From Diadema antillarum (taxonomy: Eukaryota): a DNA stretch of 64,000 nucleotides. Of this stretch, positions 1 through 13,215 are shown piece by piece. How positions within the stretch are numbered: position 1 is the stretch's first letter; the number at the start of each line of letters is the position of its first letter. The position numbers and the translations under genes are program-made. A model generated the notes under the pieces. It did not search any database, had not been told where the DNA came from, and saw only the letters and a list, made by a program, of their open reading frames with translations. Location of the stretch: the NCBI RefSeq assembly GCF_040938485.1, contig NW_027272389.1, forward strand, positions 496,001 through 560,000, given 5' to 3'.

Positions 1-489
1 TTTCAAATTTCGTTGGATTTCGTGAATTTAAAGGCGTAATTTATTATTTGCAGATGAAGCAAAAACCCAGCATCAGTGCTTTAAAATAGTTCTAAAATGT
101 GATTAGGGATAGAAACAACCACTCTAAAAACTTGAATGGGTAAAATCGACGTTAAGTATTGTTAAATATGCAAAATGTGAACAATAGTTTCCGGACAAAA
201 AATTTCCAGATTAAACCATCGACAGTTATGGTTTATTGAGAGAAAATACTGATATCTCCAGGCTTTATCAGGAAAATTTTATATGATAGGATGTTTTGTG
301 GTACAACAGACCTACACATATGCAATGAATGTCATATCTTGACATTTTTTCAAATCACTGTTCCCAAAAGTAAACAGGACCTTTAACAACACACGAAAAT
401 GTCGCCATGTGCTATAGGCTACCAGTGCACTTGCAAACCTCGGTGTCAATTCGCTAAAGCGACATCTCGCGAAAATGTCCGTGACCTGC

Positions 490-534
490 TCATTTGCGAA
501 AAATATCTATGCGCAAAAATAACAGTTTATACAG
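490..534. mobile_element. Right terminus of a CTGTA...TACAG-type (Tc1/mariner-like) MITE; left end probably outside the window
   Basis: ...gcgcaaaaataacagtttatacag|ta resembles the termini of the elements at 44630, 47083, 50298 and 56385. Confidence 0.35.
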
Positions 535-1084
535 TATGTCTGATTGTGTGTGTAATCCTTTAGAGAACAAGTTTCAACAGAAATATAATTTGAATGTCCA
601 GAGTGCAGAAAAAATGAAATATATACATGTGGACCGGACTTATTTAAAAGTGAGTCTTTCAATGAATGAGCAGGACTTTCAGTCTTGCCATGTCTTTGTC
701 TTTCACTCATTTAAGGGAATGTAAGTATTGGGTGGGGGAAAAGAAATTGCATTATGACAAACTGAAATAAGTGTTTCAATCAAAACACATGAAAATCGTG
801 TCTCTGTTCCCATTCCTATTTTTTTTTGGGGGGGGGGGGGGAGGGGGGAAGGGGAGACAGGCACTGTATTGTAGTGGATAAGGCTCTTGACTTTCAAACA
901 GAGACCTCAAGTTCCATTCCTGCCAGGTGCTTTAATTGACAAGACGAGCTGGTTTTACCTCCGATGTCTGAATATTGAATGCCTGAAAATGCTGGGGTTA
1001 TAATGATGGCAGCACCCTGTGGAAAAACAGTGCTAACGCTGAAGAGGATACCGGGGATGAATTAGGCCGTAGTTATCACTGTTG

Positions 1085-1395
1085 TTATTACCCACGCCGA
1101 TGAAAATCGGCAGGGGGTTNNNNNNNNNNNNNNNNNNNNNNNNNNNNNNNNNNNNNNNNNNNNNNNNNNNNNNNNNNNNNNNNNNNNNNNNNNNNNNNNN
1201 NNNNNNNNNNNNNNNNNNNNNNNNNNNNNNNNNNNNNNNNNNNNNNNNNNNNNNNNNNNGAACGGGTAAACGGATTTGCACGAAATGTTCAGGGGATGTC
1301 TGGATAATGACAGGAAAGAATCGATTAGATTTTGGTGATAATCGGTTGACCCTTACAAATTCTGTGCGACCTTTAAGTTTTGACCCCATGGTATA
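1085..1395 (+). mobile_element. Helentron/HINE-like non-autonomous element, 5' fragment spanning a gap
   Basis: ttattacccacgccgatgaaaatcggcagggggtt 5' hairpin; the gap sits where the microsatellite is expected; body resembles other HINE-like copies. Confidence 0.45.
1120..1259. other. Assembly gap / masked run (140 N)
   Basis: N run. Confidence 1.
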
Positions 1396-2441
1396 GTGAC
1401 CACTCTGAAAATTTCCCGTTTCTCACTTTGCGATTTTCCGCTACCATACGAAAACATAAACTCCCAAACGATCGGACTTCGCTGCTCAAATGTTCGTAAG
1501 AATTCCGAAATTTACGTTTAGGCCTATTTGAAGGACTATGTCCTTCTGGATTTATGAAAGTTCGTTCTCCGTCGTCACAAACTGGCCCGTATTTTGATGA
1601 TTTTTCAAATTAAAATTGATTGTTTTTTTCGTTGGAGGAGCATTTGCTCGGTCGCAGTCACACTGCACGATATGCGCGCTCAATGTCAATGCGTGTGCAA
1701 GGCCGCTGAAAATGCATCGCGCTCTACCCTGTTGGTGCAAAATAGCATCGGGGACGTTGCGGCGCTCGTTGGTGACCGAATACTGGTGCAGTAGACATTT
1801 GCATTTAACCCTTGCATTGAATAATTCCCGTAGACACTAATCATAGGGGTAATTGCCTAGGGGGTACGTAAATTTTGTTTTTCTTTTGCGCTTTTGTGGA
1901 TACCATCAAAGATCGTACACTCATACGACCTTTGATATCAACACACTCTCGGCTTGCTATAAGCAAAATATCCCGCAAGAAAACGGCGTATTTCTCGATT
2001 TTTAGCGCTTTTTCGGCGACCCGTCGTGTAGACAATACTCTTAAAACTGGACTTAATTCGCGCGCGCTTGGAAAAGTTCCGAATCTGCACTTTTGACGAT
2101 GGAATTTGGGATTTTCGATGGATTTTTGGAGGAGACTAAAGGACTTTCCTGTGGTGAGTGTTACCGTATGTGAAATGATGAGATTTGCATGTGATGTGAC
2201 TGTAGAACCAAAGATCGTACACTTCAGTGTACGATCTTTGGTAGAATGCACTGGCTGGTGATAAAGGACACTGGCAATTAAGTGACCGAATTCTGGTAGA
2301 TGACCGAATGCACAGTATGTTTACCCCGACTTTGTACAAGGCGTGGGTCTGCCGCCTTTGACGGCCCCTCTCTAGTTATTATTGTTTTCATTGTTGTTCT
2401 TGTCACCGTCACCGTCATTATTTTTATTATTTTTCTGGCAG

Positions 2442-2554
2442 GGGACGAGGCCAGCAACACCATGCCACAAGACTTGGCCCAGATCTGGAACCTGAGGGGG
2501 GTCATGAACAACTCTTGGATCCGTGTCAAGGTCAACTCGAAGTCCCGTTTTTAG
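2442..2554 (+). CDS. Terminal coding exon of an unidentified upstream gene (xDEASNTMPQDLAQIWNLRGVMNNSWIRVKVNSKSRF*)
   Basis: Pyrimidine tract plus CAG acceptor at 2439-2441; GC-rich coding-like composition; TAG at 2552-2554; AATAAA at 2855. Confidence 0.55.
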
Positions 2555-2973
2555 GACAGCCAGGCTGACTGAGAGTTAGAGATGGATGGAGCACATTAAT
2601 GGAAGTTCTCTTGCGAATGATTCAAGTATTTGGGCAAATCATTCAAATCAAACTTCTCACATATACATTATAATTGAGGAATATATTCTCAAAAGAGAGG
2701 GAGAGAGAGAGAGAGAGAAAAAAAAAAAGAAGGAATATATTCTTTAAAGGGAGGAAGAGAACTAGAGAGAGAATAAAATCTTATGAGCCTCAACATAGAA
2801 AGATATGTTCATTGGCGATTTATATGCTTGAGCATAATGCATTGAGAATGCATGAATAAAGTTGTATCATGATGCTGTCGATACAGCAGGTAGCCACTTT
2901 TTAGCATCACCTTGGGATGGATGATGCCATCCGGCCAAAGCTTTCTTCCGTGTGAGTTGCTTCCCAGGAGGAT

Positions 2974-2987
2974 GTTGCCATGACAAC
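2974..2987. promoter_or_regulatory. RFX X-box-like motif GTTGCCATGACAAC
   Basis: 13/14 match to GTTGCCATGGCAAC; no associated gene start identified. Confidence 0.35.
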
Positions 2988-2997
2988 AATGAACAAG

Positions 2998-3044
2998 AGT
3001 TGGTCCAAAGCCTCCTCACCGGGAGAATCTACCCTATTCCTGGA
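2998..3044 (-). pseudogene. Degenerate remnant homologous to an exon/intron junction of the ARM-TIR gene (38769-38815)
   Basis: 38/47 ungapped identity including a 19-nt exact match; splice donor equivalent preserved (GTGAGG vs GTAAGG). Confidence 0.5.
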
Positions 3045-5611
3045 AAATCTTGGCAATAAACTTGATTTTACTTGGTGATTTTACTAGCCGTGAAATCTAG
3101 CAATTGTAGTTTTTAAATGTCAAAGCAGCATCAAACCCGAGAGGTGCTTTTAATGAATAGGCAGTGATTCTCGGTGAATCCCGTAGAGAGATTTTGCTCC
3201 TTCTTAGATGTGCTTTACGTGGATTGAGTAGCACTCTTGTGTCACTATATGTTTTAACTCTTTTTTTGACTCGTACACAGAGCATTCATGCATGTAGTGT
3301 TTGTTTTAATCACAATTATGTGTGTTTAATGACACCCAGAAGAGCTGCTTTCTTATACCTCCTGTTTTTTTCTTTCTTTTCAGCATGCACAAAGCATGAC
3401 AATCATTGGGCCATCAAATCAATGTGGCAGAAGCACGGCTTTCAGATTGTGAATAAGCTTAGAATTATTCTGTGCACAACGTTAAAAACATTATATCTAC
3501 TCGTGTTTTGCATCATTTTTGAAAGAGATGTGAAATCAGATAAAAGTACTGGTACTGCTGATTTGAAGCAGATGTCGCACAATGTGAAGTGATATCATTA
3601 CTCAGAGAAACAAACAAAAGCTTGGAAATAAACGCCTGGCTCTGAACTGTTTGTATGCTTCATTATCCTCCATAATCAGTAGTTAGAATGTGTACTTGCT
3701 GTATTGATGTACTATGCTGTTCCAATCTTGAAGAGTCACGAATAGACTCTTGAGCCTCGGGTACATATACCATGTGGCATAATATATTACAAGGAACCAT
3801 GAAATGGTTATGTTTGTATTATCTGTTATGTACTTGTTTTGCTGCACATTCATCATATACACTTTACTCCATTATTATTTTGCATCTTGATGTTTAATCA
3901 CCTCGCCAAACCAAAAAGTATCTGGGCATGTCTGTGGGAAATTTAACCTCATTCCTTATCACTTGTCTATATCTTAACGCTCACTAGCTTTTATTCTACT
4001 AACAAGATTGCCTGTATGTCTAGTAGGTTATGTATGCTCACATGAGAGGTGGTCTTTAACCTATTGATGTTTAACATCTTGAGTACAGCTCTCATGAAAC
4101 TTGTCTGTAACAGCCAGAAAATATCAGTCGTGACTCCTCATGTCTTGGTCCCTGTCAGCACCTACATGATATTTCCTTCATTCAGTCAACCCACCACAGT
4201 CCATGTCTGAGTGAAGGGAGTGCTGGTTTGCATTCAAACTTGGAGCGAGATCCCCACATATAGGCCTCAGAAACACGACGCACTCTGAAATCCTGCACAC
4301 TTGATTTGTAGACCATGTGATAGCTGTCGCGAGTCTCTCCGCCTACTGACATTCAATTTTAGCACGGTGAGTCACTCCATAAACCAATGTTGGTATCCGC
4401 ACACATTGCACAGCATCTCATGTCCGTTTGTCTGATCATGCATGATCCAGTTTATCCCATGCCAGTTGTGTGCTGTGATTCATGCAATTTGCACTCTGTA
4501 ACGCTATTTGACAAGGGGAATTGGCAGCGGGCAAATGTTAATTGATATCCTGATATTTATGGAAACAGAATTATGTCATTTTGCATCAACCTTTTTTTTT
4601 TGTGTGTGTGTGTGTGGGTGAAAATCTTACGTTTTTAAGATGATGGGCCATGTCATTTTCATTTTTACTCTTATGGAAAGTAGAGTAAAATCTTGTGAAG
4701 AGAACAGTGAAATAGTTTATGAAAATTTGACGTGGAAGATGTTTAATTGTAATATGAGATAACTTTCTTATTTTTATGACTGATTGTGCATAAACGTGTA
4801 TTAATTTTATTGGTTGGTTGTACTGTACAGTCAAAAGCAAAAAGTGAATTATCCACCTCTAAAGTCCACAACTTGCTGAATTTTCTTCCAATTTCATGGA
4901 AACATGCGCTGTTCAGTATGTGTGTGATGTGACTTAGATACAAGAGTGGCATTCCACTGATACGTAAATGGAATTACGTAGAGGATTCAAAGAGTATAAT
5001 TATACAGAATTTCTCTTGTTATGCTGCTGGAATATATATTTTTCAAGTTGTTCAAACCAGTTTTGTGTGGAGGTTTTGTTCATTAATGTCTTTACTCTTA
5101 AAGTAGTTATCCTTGGTTGATGCTCTCTCTTTCTCATTCTTTGATGGATGGTCATATTGCTTGACAGAATATTTCATTGTGGCATAGGTATAATGTATGT
5201 CCAAGCTAGGGCAAAAATCTTGCTTACTGTTCCAAAAGATTGTGAAAATTCATAATTGAACGGGGTCATCCCACTAGACCAACACCTATGAGTCATACAG
5301 TCAGCAAGTTCAACACTCCGCAAATAAAGCCCATGAAACCGACACTTGGTAAAAACAGCCCACGAGTTTGACAGATACAATACGGGGTTTAATGTGTCGG
5401 TCTCGTGGTTTTTGCTTGCTTAGTGTCAAACTCATGGGCTGCATGACTCGTAGGCTGTATGGCTTGTGGGTGTCGGTCTTGTGACGTTCACCCTAATCAA
5501 ATGTGTGTATCCATGGTATACAGGAGCTCATGCTTTAAACAGAATTGGACTTTTCTCTTATTATCCCAGACATTGGACATTCATGCTTTATGTGCTTTTT
5601 CCACCAAGTTC

Positions 5612-6418
5612 TTTTTTATGCCTCCGCCACGAAGTGGTGCCGGAAGCATTATGTTTTCGGGTTGTCCGTCCGTCTGTACATACGTACATACATCCGTGCG
5701 TACGTCCGTCCGCATTCGTTTACGCGATAACTTGAGTAGTATTGACTGGAATTTTACCAAACTTGGTCCAAGTATAAAGTATGATGGGCAATTACTTGAT
5801 TAGATTTTGGGTGAAATTGGCTGAAGGCCAAGGTCAAAGGTCAAGGTCAAATCATGAAATTGTATCTGCGCGATTACTCAAGAGTAGATCAAGCAAATTT
5901 CACCAAACTTTGTCTGAGGATGATGCATGATGGTAGAATTACTTGATTAGTTTTTGAGTGAAATTGGACTGAGGTCAAAGATCAAGGTCAAATCCTAAAA
6001 TTTATCTGTTTACGTGATGACTCAAAACTGGATAAAGCAACTTTCACCAAACTCGGTCCAAGGATGAAGTATGATGGGACAATTAGTTGAGTAGTTTTTT
6101 AGTGAAATTGGCAAGAGGTCAAAGGTTAAAAGGTCAAGGTCAAATGTCGACAATGACACAAGGAACAAATTCAATTTTGGAAGTGATCAGGGAATTTGTA
6201 TGGATTTTTGAAGGATTTTTTATCTTGAGGCATATTAGGTTAATGAACTGGGAGTTCTAGTTGTGCGTACTGGATGTTTACAAACGAGCGCTAAAGCACA
6301 TGCTCTGCGTGGGCAAGGCAGCATGGCGCAGCTGGAAGTTATGAAATTTCATGCGTGTATGGGTGGAAATGAGTTGTTGGCTTGGCGGAGGTCTGCCCTG
6401 TCCGAGTGCTATTCTAGT
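5612..6418 (+). mobile_element. Helentron/HINE-like non-autonomous element
   Basis: T-run, 5' hairpin atgcctccgccacgaagtggtgccggaagcat, (CGTC/CATA)-type microsatellite, internal GGTCAA repeats, 3' subterminal ggcggagg followed by ctagttt. Confidence 0.75.
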
Positions 6419-6862
6419 TTTTGTTTGTTTGTTGTTGTTTTTTTAAACAAGCTGTATCCAGTTGGAAGGCTTTATTCGCATGCTGGCGTGGGCTGCTCAG
6501 GTGTGGGTTGAATTATTAAATGGTTAGCATGTTTTCTTCCGTCAGCTGAACATCCTTAGGAAGTACACTGTCTTTGGTGGTGTGTTGAAGTGATTAACTT
6601 ACAAACTTTTTTTCTTGTTGTTTTTCTTTTCTTTTCTTTTCTTTTCCTTGTTTTTCTTCTTTTTTTTTAAGACTGCCACTAACTATCAAGCACCTACCTG
6701 AGGTGGCGTATTCCTGCAGTTTTCTTTCTCTCAAATTTGAATTCATTGTATTGTTGACTTCCTTGAATTCAGTGTGATTTGTCCATGTATCTTGAAAATT
6801 GTCTCCAATTGGCTTATACATATTGCATTTATTTTGTAGATATTTGATCAGTTATATGAATC

Positions 6863-7227
6863 ATTACCTCCACCAGCTGAGGTTNNNNNNNNNNNNNNNN
6901 NNNNNNNNNNNNNNNNNNNNNNNNNNNNNNNNNNNNNNNNNNNNNNNNNNNNNNNNNNNNNNNNNNNNNNNNNNNNNNNNNNNNNNNNNNNNNNNNNNNN
7001 NNNNNNNNNNNNATGATGTCAAAGGTCAATGGTTCTGGGGTTATGAAGGACATAAAATAAGCTTGAAATCTAGCAATAACTCAAGAACGGATTATCAGAT
7101 TTTTACCAAATGTATTATATAGATGTCCCTGTACCTCTATGTATGTGTTTGAAGATATTGCATACAAAATGGCGATAGCCTAATCATGCATGGTTACTTG
7201 GAGGTCTGCTCTCTCAGAGTGCTTCTC
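6863..7227 (+). mobile_element. HINE-like element spanning a gap
   Basis: 5' attacctccacc...gaggtt before the gap; 3' end ggaggtctgctctctcagagtgcttct resembles the ends at 6385-6418 and 25217-25260. Confidence 0.55.
6885..7012. other. Assembly gap / masked run (128 N)
   Basis: N run. Confidence 1.
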
Positions 7228-7554
7228 AAATTTTATGCTACTAGTAGTTTTCCATGGAAAATGTAGAGATTTAATCAAAGTGAATTAAAAGAACCAGCAT
7301 TATATGTATGAAAACTGGATTACTAATGAGAACATGATAAACCCTCAAAGCACCACTACCTGAAAATGCCACTGACTACTGCAAGTGAACAGGTTTCTCT
7401 TGATACTGACAAAGAGAGGAAATCCCCATCACTCTCAGGAATTTGAATAAGAACCGAGAGGCTTGTTTAGTAGCAGCATGCCCCATACAATGTATTCCAT
7501 TCACCATTCAATGAAACTGATAAATGTGATACTGATGCATTTATCAACTGCAAT

Positions 7555-8016
7555 AGGCATTTTTACATCAGCCTGATAAAAATCCAAGCTCGAGATATTT
7601 TTCGCGATTGCAAATTAGCGTGCTATTTCATTTCCTATTCACATCAGCCTGACGAGAATTAGCCCGAAATTTTTTCGAGCTAATTCGACAGCTGAGCATG
7701 CGCAAACAGTGCTGGGCTTACCAGTAGTGCCTGCGCACGCTTTCAGGTCACACACGCTAGGCATGATGGGATGCATTGCGCTAGTTTCTTGAGGCGATTT
7801 CACATTATTGAGTAGCGCACCAGTTCGCTATGTTATCCCGCTATTTCTGAAATTTCCCGAGTTGGACTCGAGAAATTTTCTCGATCAGAGCAATACAATT
7901 AGCACGCTAATTTGTGTTCACATTATCAAATAGCGCGCTATTTCGTGATCGGGTTAATTTCCCAAGTCAGAAAATAGCGCGCTATTTCGAAACATCGGGC
8001 TGATGTGAAAATGCCT
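7555..8016. mobile_element. MITE, PIF/Harbinger-like (3-bp TSD AAT)
   Basis: TIRs AGGCATTTTTACATCAGCCTGAT / ATCGGGCTGATGTGAAAATGCCT; AAT on both flanks; internal AAATAGCGCGCTATTT palindromes. Confidence 0.8.
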
Positions 8017-9125
8017 AATGTCACATACCCTTACCTCCTTTTCATTCCTCTGGTGTGAACATGAGGAGCCTTGATAACACGTTTGCTGACTCAACTTGTC
8101 AGCTACACATTGTAGTATACTGTATTATTATGCTTTCCCACCATACATCCCTTCACCTATAACCTTAAAAACAAAACAAAATATAGAGGTGTGTGTTTGC
8201 CTGTTCCATTGTATCCTCACATGTGTTTGTTTGTTTTTCTTTTCCACTTTCATTGTTATCTCTATTACACAGATACATTTATCTTGTTTGCTTTCATGTA
8301 TAATCTAATAGACTTCACTGCAGAATCTCTGCTCTGTGTGGGTGGAAACTCTTATGTTACTAATGCATTGCAGGAAGATGTGTTAATTTCATGTAAAATG
8401 CCATGAAGATTGTACCCCCCCCCCCCAAAAAAAAAAAAAAAAAAATCAGAAAATGGCATAGCCATTCAGATTTTAGACATTTGTCTTTAAATAAACATAA
8501 AAATCAATACACGAGAACATTGTCATTGTGCGTTAATTTCATTGAGTTGTTTATTTCTTCATGTGAGCTTTACCCACACAACTTTATAAAGTCACTTAAT
8601 GGACACACCTGTGATTGACAATTGGTATCCTTTCCACAACTAAAGGTCTGTAGTACCTCTCAATTACAAATCCACTTTGAAATTAGATATTTAGAAGAAG
8701 ACGGGTGCAGATGCCAAGGTGAGATTTTACGGGAATAATAGTGTAAAGATACTACAGTAATATGGTTACACTGGAGGGCAAAAAAAAAAAAAAAAATGAT
8801 TGGTTGAAGCTGTACACCAAAGCCTTGTTTACTCCTGTCACTGCTGAGGAGAGAAAAGGAAAATCAAACTACATTTAGTTCTGAATATCTCATCGGCCTT
8901 ATGCCAAAATGGCTCTAACATTGTACAAAGTCTATGGTGTTAAGGACCTTTTACTATAAGGCGTAAGGCCGACGCTAGGTAGACATGGTAAAGAAGTTGC
9001 CTGTGATGTCTTCTGTTTAATCTTTCACATATCTTATGTGTGTTTACAGGTCTCTGGCCTCATGGCCCGAGGCCACTAAATTTGACTTTTTAAGATTTTT
9101 CAGGTCAAGCACTGGTGTGTGTGTG

Positions 9126-9173
<48 letters not shown>

Positions 9174-9176
<3 letters not shown>

Positions 9177-9728
9177 TCAAACCTGCCTTAGCGGCCACCT
9201 CTCTATAGCGGCCACCTGTCTATAGCGGCCACTGAAAAATCCCCCCGAGAGAAAAGCCATGTTAAAGACCCTGTGTATAGCGGCCACCTGTCTAACGCGG
9301 CCAGCGGCCACAAATTTTGTTTCCCGCGGTAGATTTTAACCTGTCTATAGCGGCCAAAAACCCGATGGAGCCGTAGCCGAGCTGATAATTCAGGGTGTTT
9401 TTCTGCTTTTTAGCCGTGCCAGTCATTTCCGGGCAACATTCAGTGATCGCCACCGTTGCATTCATCACTTATTCAGTCACAATAATGCACTAATTCATGA
9501 CTGTGCACATGCTACATCTAGTGTACTGTGCAACAATTTCATAAACACCAGCATATTGTTCTACGCATGATACACACGTGTGCATACGTACACACATAAA
9601 TACAACAATGATACATGTACATGTAGGCAATGCACACAAAGTTGGATTACCTGTCTATAGCGGCCACCTGTCTATAACGGCCACTTTTTCTGTATCCCTT
9701 GGGTGGCCGCTATAGACAGGTTTGACTG
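9174..9728. mobile_element. Tc1/mariner-type MITE inserted in a (TA)n tract
   Basis: TIRs CAGTCAAACCTG / CAGGTTTGACTG; TA flanks; subterminal TATAGCGGCCAC repeats. Confidence 0.85.
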
Positions 9729-10993
9729 TATATATATATATATTTAAAATATAGATATATACGTTTATATATCAAACCAGTTTCTTCTGCCAATCTTTGA
9801 TATGGGAGGCATAACTACTGGAAGCATGACTGTATACATACACTACATACACCAGAAAGCATGTACACCTTCACCACAAAAAGGCAGTTTAGGTGAGCTA
9901 TTGAGGAGTATATGTTAAGTTTCCTTAACATGTCTTAATAAATATGAATGCTGCTCCTACAAGTAAACTTTTCTATCATTTTGGATATCTCATTGACAAA
10001 TTCGGTAACACCAGAGGTACCTTGGTCGGGTTGATAAGTGTGTGTGTGTCTGTGTTATATTTGTGAATAGACAAGCTGTTGTGTCATTATTACGACTTAT
10101 GCAAATATTGATTTGCACTTAATTATCTTTCAGTTGAAGGCTCTTGATGTATAAAGAGATAGAACAGAAGCGAAGGGAGCGAGGAAGGGAGAGAGAAAAG
10201 AGGGAGTGAAATAAGAGATAAATAGCAAGTTTCAAGTTTATGTCACATCTTTAAAGAGAAATACAGTATAAACCAAAAGGTACTACATGCAAATCACATA
10301 TCGAAGTTTTACACAAAAGGTATGGTAATAAGGTCAGATCTGACACGGGACGGGAAAAAAAAATCATAGCAGATGTGGAGGATTAGTAAAAGCCATTGAC
10401 ATAATATCAAGGCTACTCCCCCTTTTTACTGCTCTTGCTACATTTTGCTACAAACATAAACAAATAAAAACAAACTATTTAAGTTACCACGACAACAACA
10501 AACTATACACGAACGAACAACAGGCATTCAGTAAACATTATAATCTTACAGTATATTGCATATTATTATTTCTGTTGATTAAAGCAAAAAAAGATCAAAA
10601 CAGATAGGCAGCAGAAAGGGAAAGAAAAGAGGACTGGGTGTTATTTTCATGGTTTTGAGAGCTCAGAAAAATACTCCTTGTGATGAATATTATTTCGGAT
10701 TATTACCGTTTCCATTACCACAGCAGAAACCGCAAAGCTCTCGCCGTGGTATACAGGTGATTATTAACGAGGATTTTGTTTTTCTCTCCCTCTCGCTCCG
10801 ACCCCGCTCGTCCGTGGAAGCATTGAGCCAAGACCTTTCCGGTTTGTGCGAGTTTGAGAAACTTCTATGCAGCACGTGTTGTATACTTGATAAATCATAT
10901 CTGGTTTGAAATGCGGTACGTCTTTCATTCTCGACTTTACCGAGTAAATCTCTTTTAAAGGCAACTCTGGTAAAGCTTGACTACAGAGATGAC

Positions 10994-11003
10994 AGATAGA
11001 TAA

Positions 11004-11059
<56 letters not shown>
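10994..11059 (+). repeat. (GATA)n microsatellite
   Basis: Direct inspection. Confidence 0.95.
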
Positions 11060-11082
11060 GAGCCCGTTGTTATTAAAAAGAG

Positions 11083-11480
11083 TTCATTCATTCATTCATT
11101 CATTCATTTTTATTTTGTCACGGTACCAGGCTCAGCCGGAGGCTGTTTTTCAGCCAGTCCGTGAATTAAAAACACACGTTACACAATGAATTGTACAATA
11201 CAAAAGTTACTGTATGCAATCACCACAATCATTGACAATGGCGAGATTTCTGTCAATCTCGTAGTGCTCGAGTGTTAACATATTAGAGCAGAGATTGCCC
11301 CAGGCAGAAAATGGCTTAGATCACTCTCGAGTCTTACTGTAGTGACGCTGTGATAATCGAAGATTTTAGAATTGTAATCATCCAAACACGAATTGCTCGG
11401 CAGCACTGACCATTTTCGGATGCCTTTCCAGCCTATCGAGATTTCACAAATCGGGAGATCTCCCGTCCTTATCTTCATTC
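11083..11480 (-). mobile_element. Possible 5'-truncated LINE (L2/CR1-like) 3' end
   Basis: Minus strand ends with AATAAA and (TGAA)n, preceded by a cagcc-tcc-ggctg stem-loop; ORF GIRKWSVLP resembles the LINE ORF2 'IRxWNxLP' motif. Confidence 0.4.
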
Positions 11481-13215
11481 CCTGATTATAATACGTACGC
11501 TCTCATGATAATCCGGACCACCGACGTAGAGATGTGTTTGTGTATTACTTTCATCCAGTTCCAGGGACTAACCAACCTGCTACCGTCACGAGGGCATAAT
11601 CCAATCAGACGTGTTTCCTCTCGTATCAACAGCCAATCAGAACTCGCAGGACGGTGTCTGAAAGAAAAACAAAAGCGTGTCGCCCAAAGTGTCGCCCAAT
11701 CAGCACGCGCGCATGTTATGCCATCAAAGCCAAATATTTACATTTCGCGGGGAAACTGGAGATGTTATTTATGCCGAGTTTTTGGCTAGTAACCCACAGT
11801 TTGGCAAGTGTGTAGCATTGTGACCTACACCCAAACTACACTGACCCCGATCACAGAAACGGCGTTATTTCAGTTGAAAGTTCCTATACAACCACGATAA
11901 ACCGATGATAACCATATAAGCAGGTAAGAGACTAATTCTGGAACAAAACTTCAAAGAAGCCTGTTGGAGGAGAGGTGTGAAAACAGACTTGTGTGTCAGA
12001 GGTAAGGCGACAGTCGCAACTATACAATGTATAATGTTTAATTACTACTTTTATGTATAGCCTATATGTGTCTTTAAAGTAAAATCACATTGAATTGATT
12101 TGCAATATAAACTTTTGAATTAAAAAAGCTGGTCAATTCATTTCCAGTTTGATTTTTGTTTTCATCCATGTCTGCGGTATTCTGATAGTGAAGCTTTACT
12201 TAACGCAGGTAAGCATTCATTGTCTAAAGTCTCAAAAATATGTCTCCGCTCAGATGGTTTTTTCTGTTACTTTGTTTGCTTTTCTAAAGAAGTTTTTCGT
12301 CATTATCTATTGCAGTGTCTCAGTGATAAGATATAATTGCCATTTCACTTCTTCTAAAGCTAACTTTCTCTTTCCGGGATCCTTAAAAGGTCTTGAAAAA
12401 ACCCCAGAAAGGATTGTTCATTTGGGAACCGTAATAAGGTCAGCTACTCTTCATCAAACTCAAACAATGTCAAAAATGAATCAATCGTTAGAGCGCGGAC
12501 ATATTACAGTAAAGACTCGGATCGGATTAACTTGTTTCGGCATTATGCGTGAAAGTAAGTATATCATCGCCTCTGCTCACGATTGACATTCAGTTAATAT
12601 TGGCGTTCAGTTTCTAATCATTGTTGTTGATTTCGACATTGTATTCACAGTATATTTGAGGGTAGTACACATCTGAAACTCTTTAATGTGACAACGGCAG
12701 AAATGATCGACAAGAAGCGCGTTGACAACTAGAGGACGGAATTTTGCATAATAAATATGTTAATTTGATGTAAGTATTTGACACCACTCTGCGACTGATG
12801 GACACAAGCGCAGTCCTTTATTGAGGAAAGGTGCTCAGACCATTTGAACCACCATCTCATAATGCCATCGAAATTGAGCATCGACAGGTTGTCAATGATA
12901 ATGAAGTGGTTTAACAAACGAAAACTTGTTACGCAAGCTTTGTTACGGGTCCATGTGCCAATTTCCCCCGAAATGACCTTCCCCTTTTCTCGTTCCTCAC
13001 ATCACTGCTGTTGTACATGACCTTGTCAGGTCGATCGTCTGGTCTGACAGGCACGATCAAGTCAAACGATCCTGGCCCTGTGCCTCAAACACACTCCTTC
13101 TGTCTTCCTTCGTCCTACCAACAGGTCGTATTTTGTATGGATGCCCCTTCCCTTCCTACCAACAGGTGTAAGGGTTTCTGACTTGGTATCGATCTGAGAG
13201 CGTGGCGGCACGAGA

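Noticed and set aside
4100-4500. GC-richer stretch with a CNVC motif on the minus strand
   Set aside because: Interrupted by stops and no recognisable family
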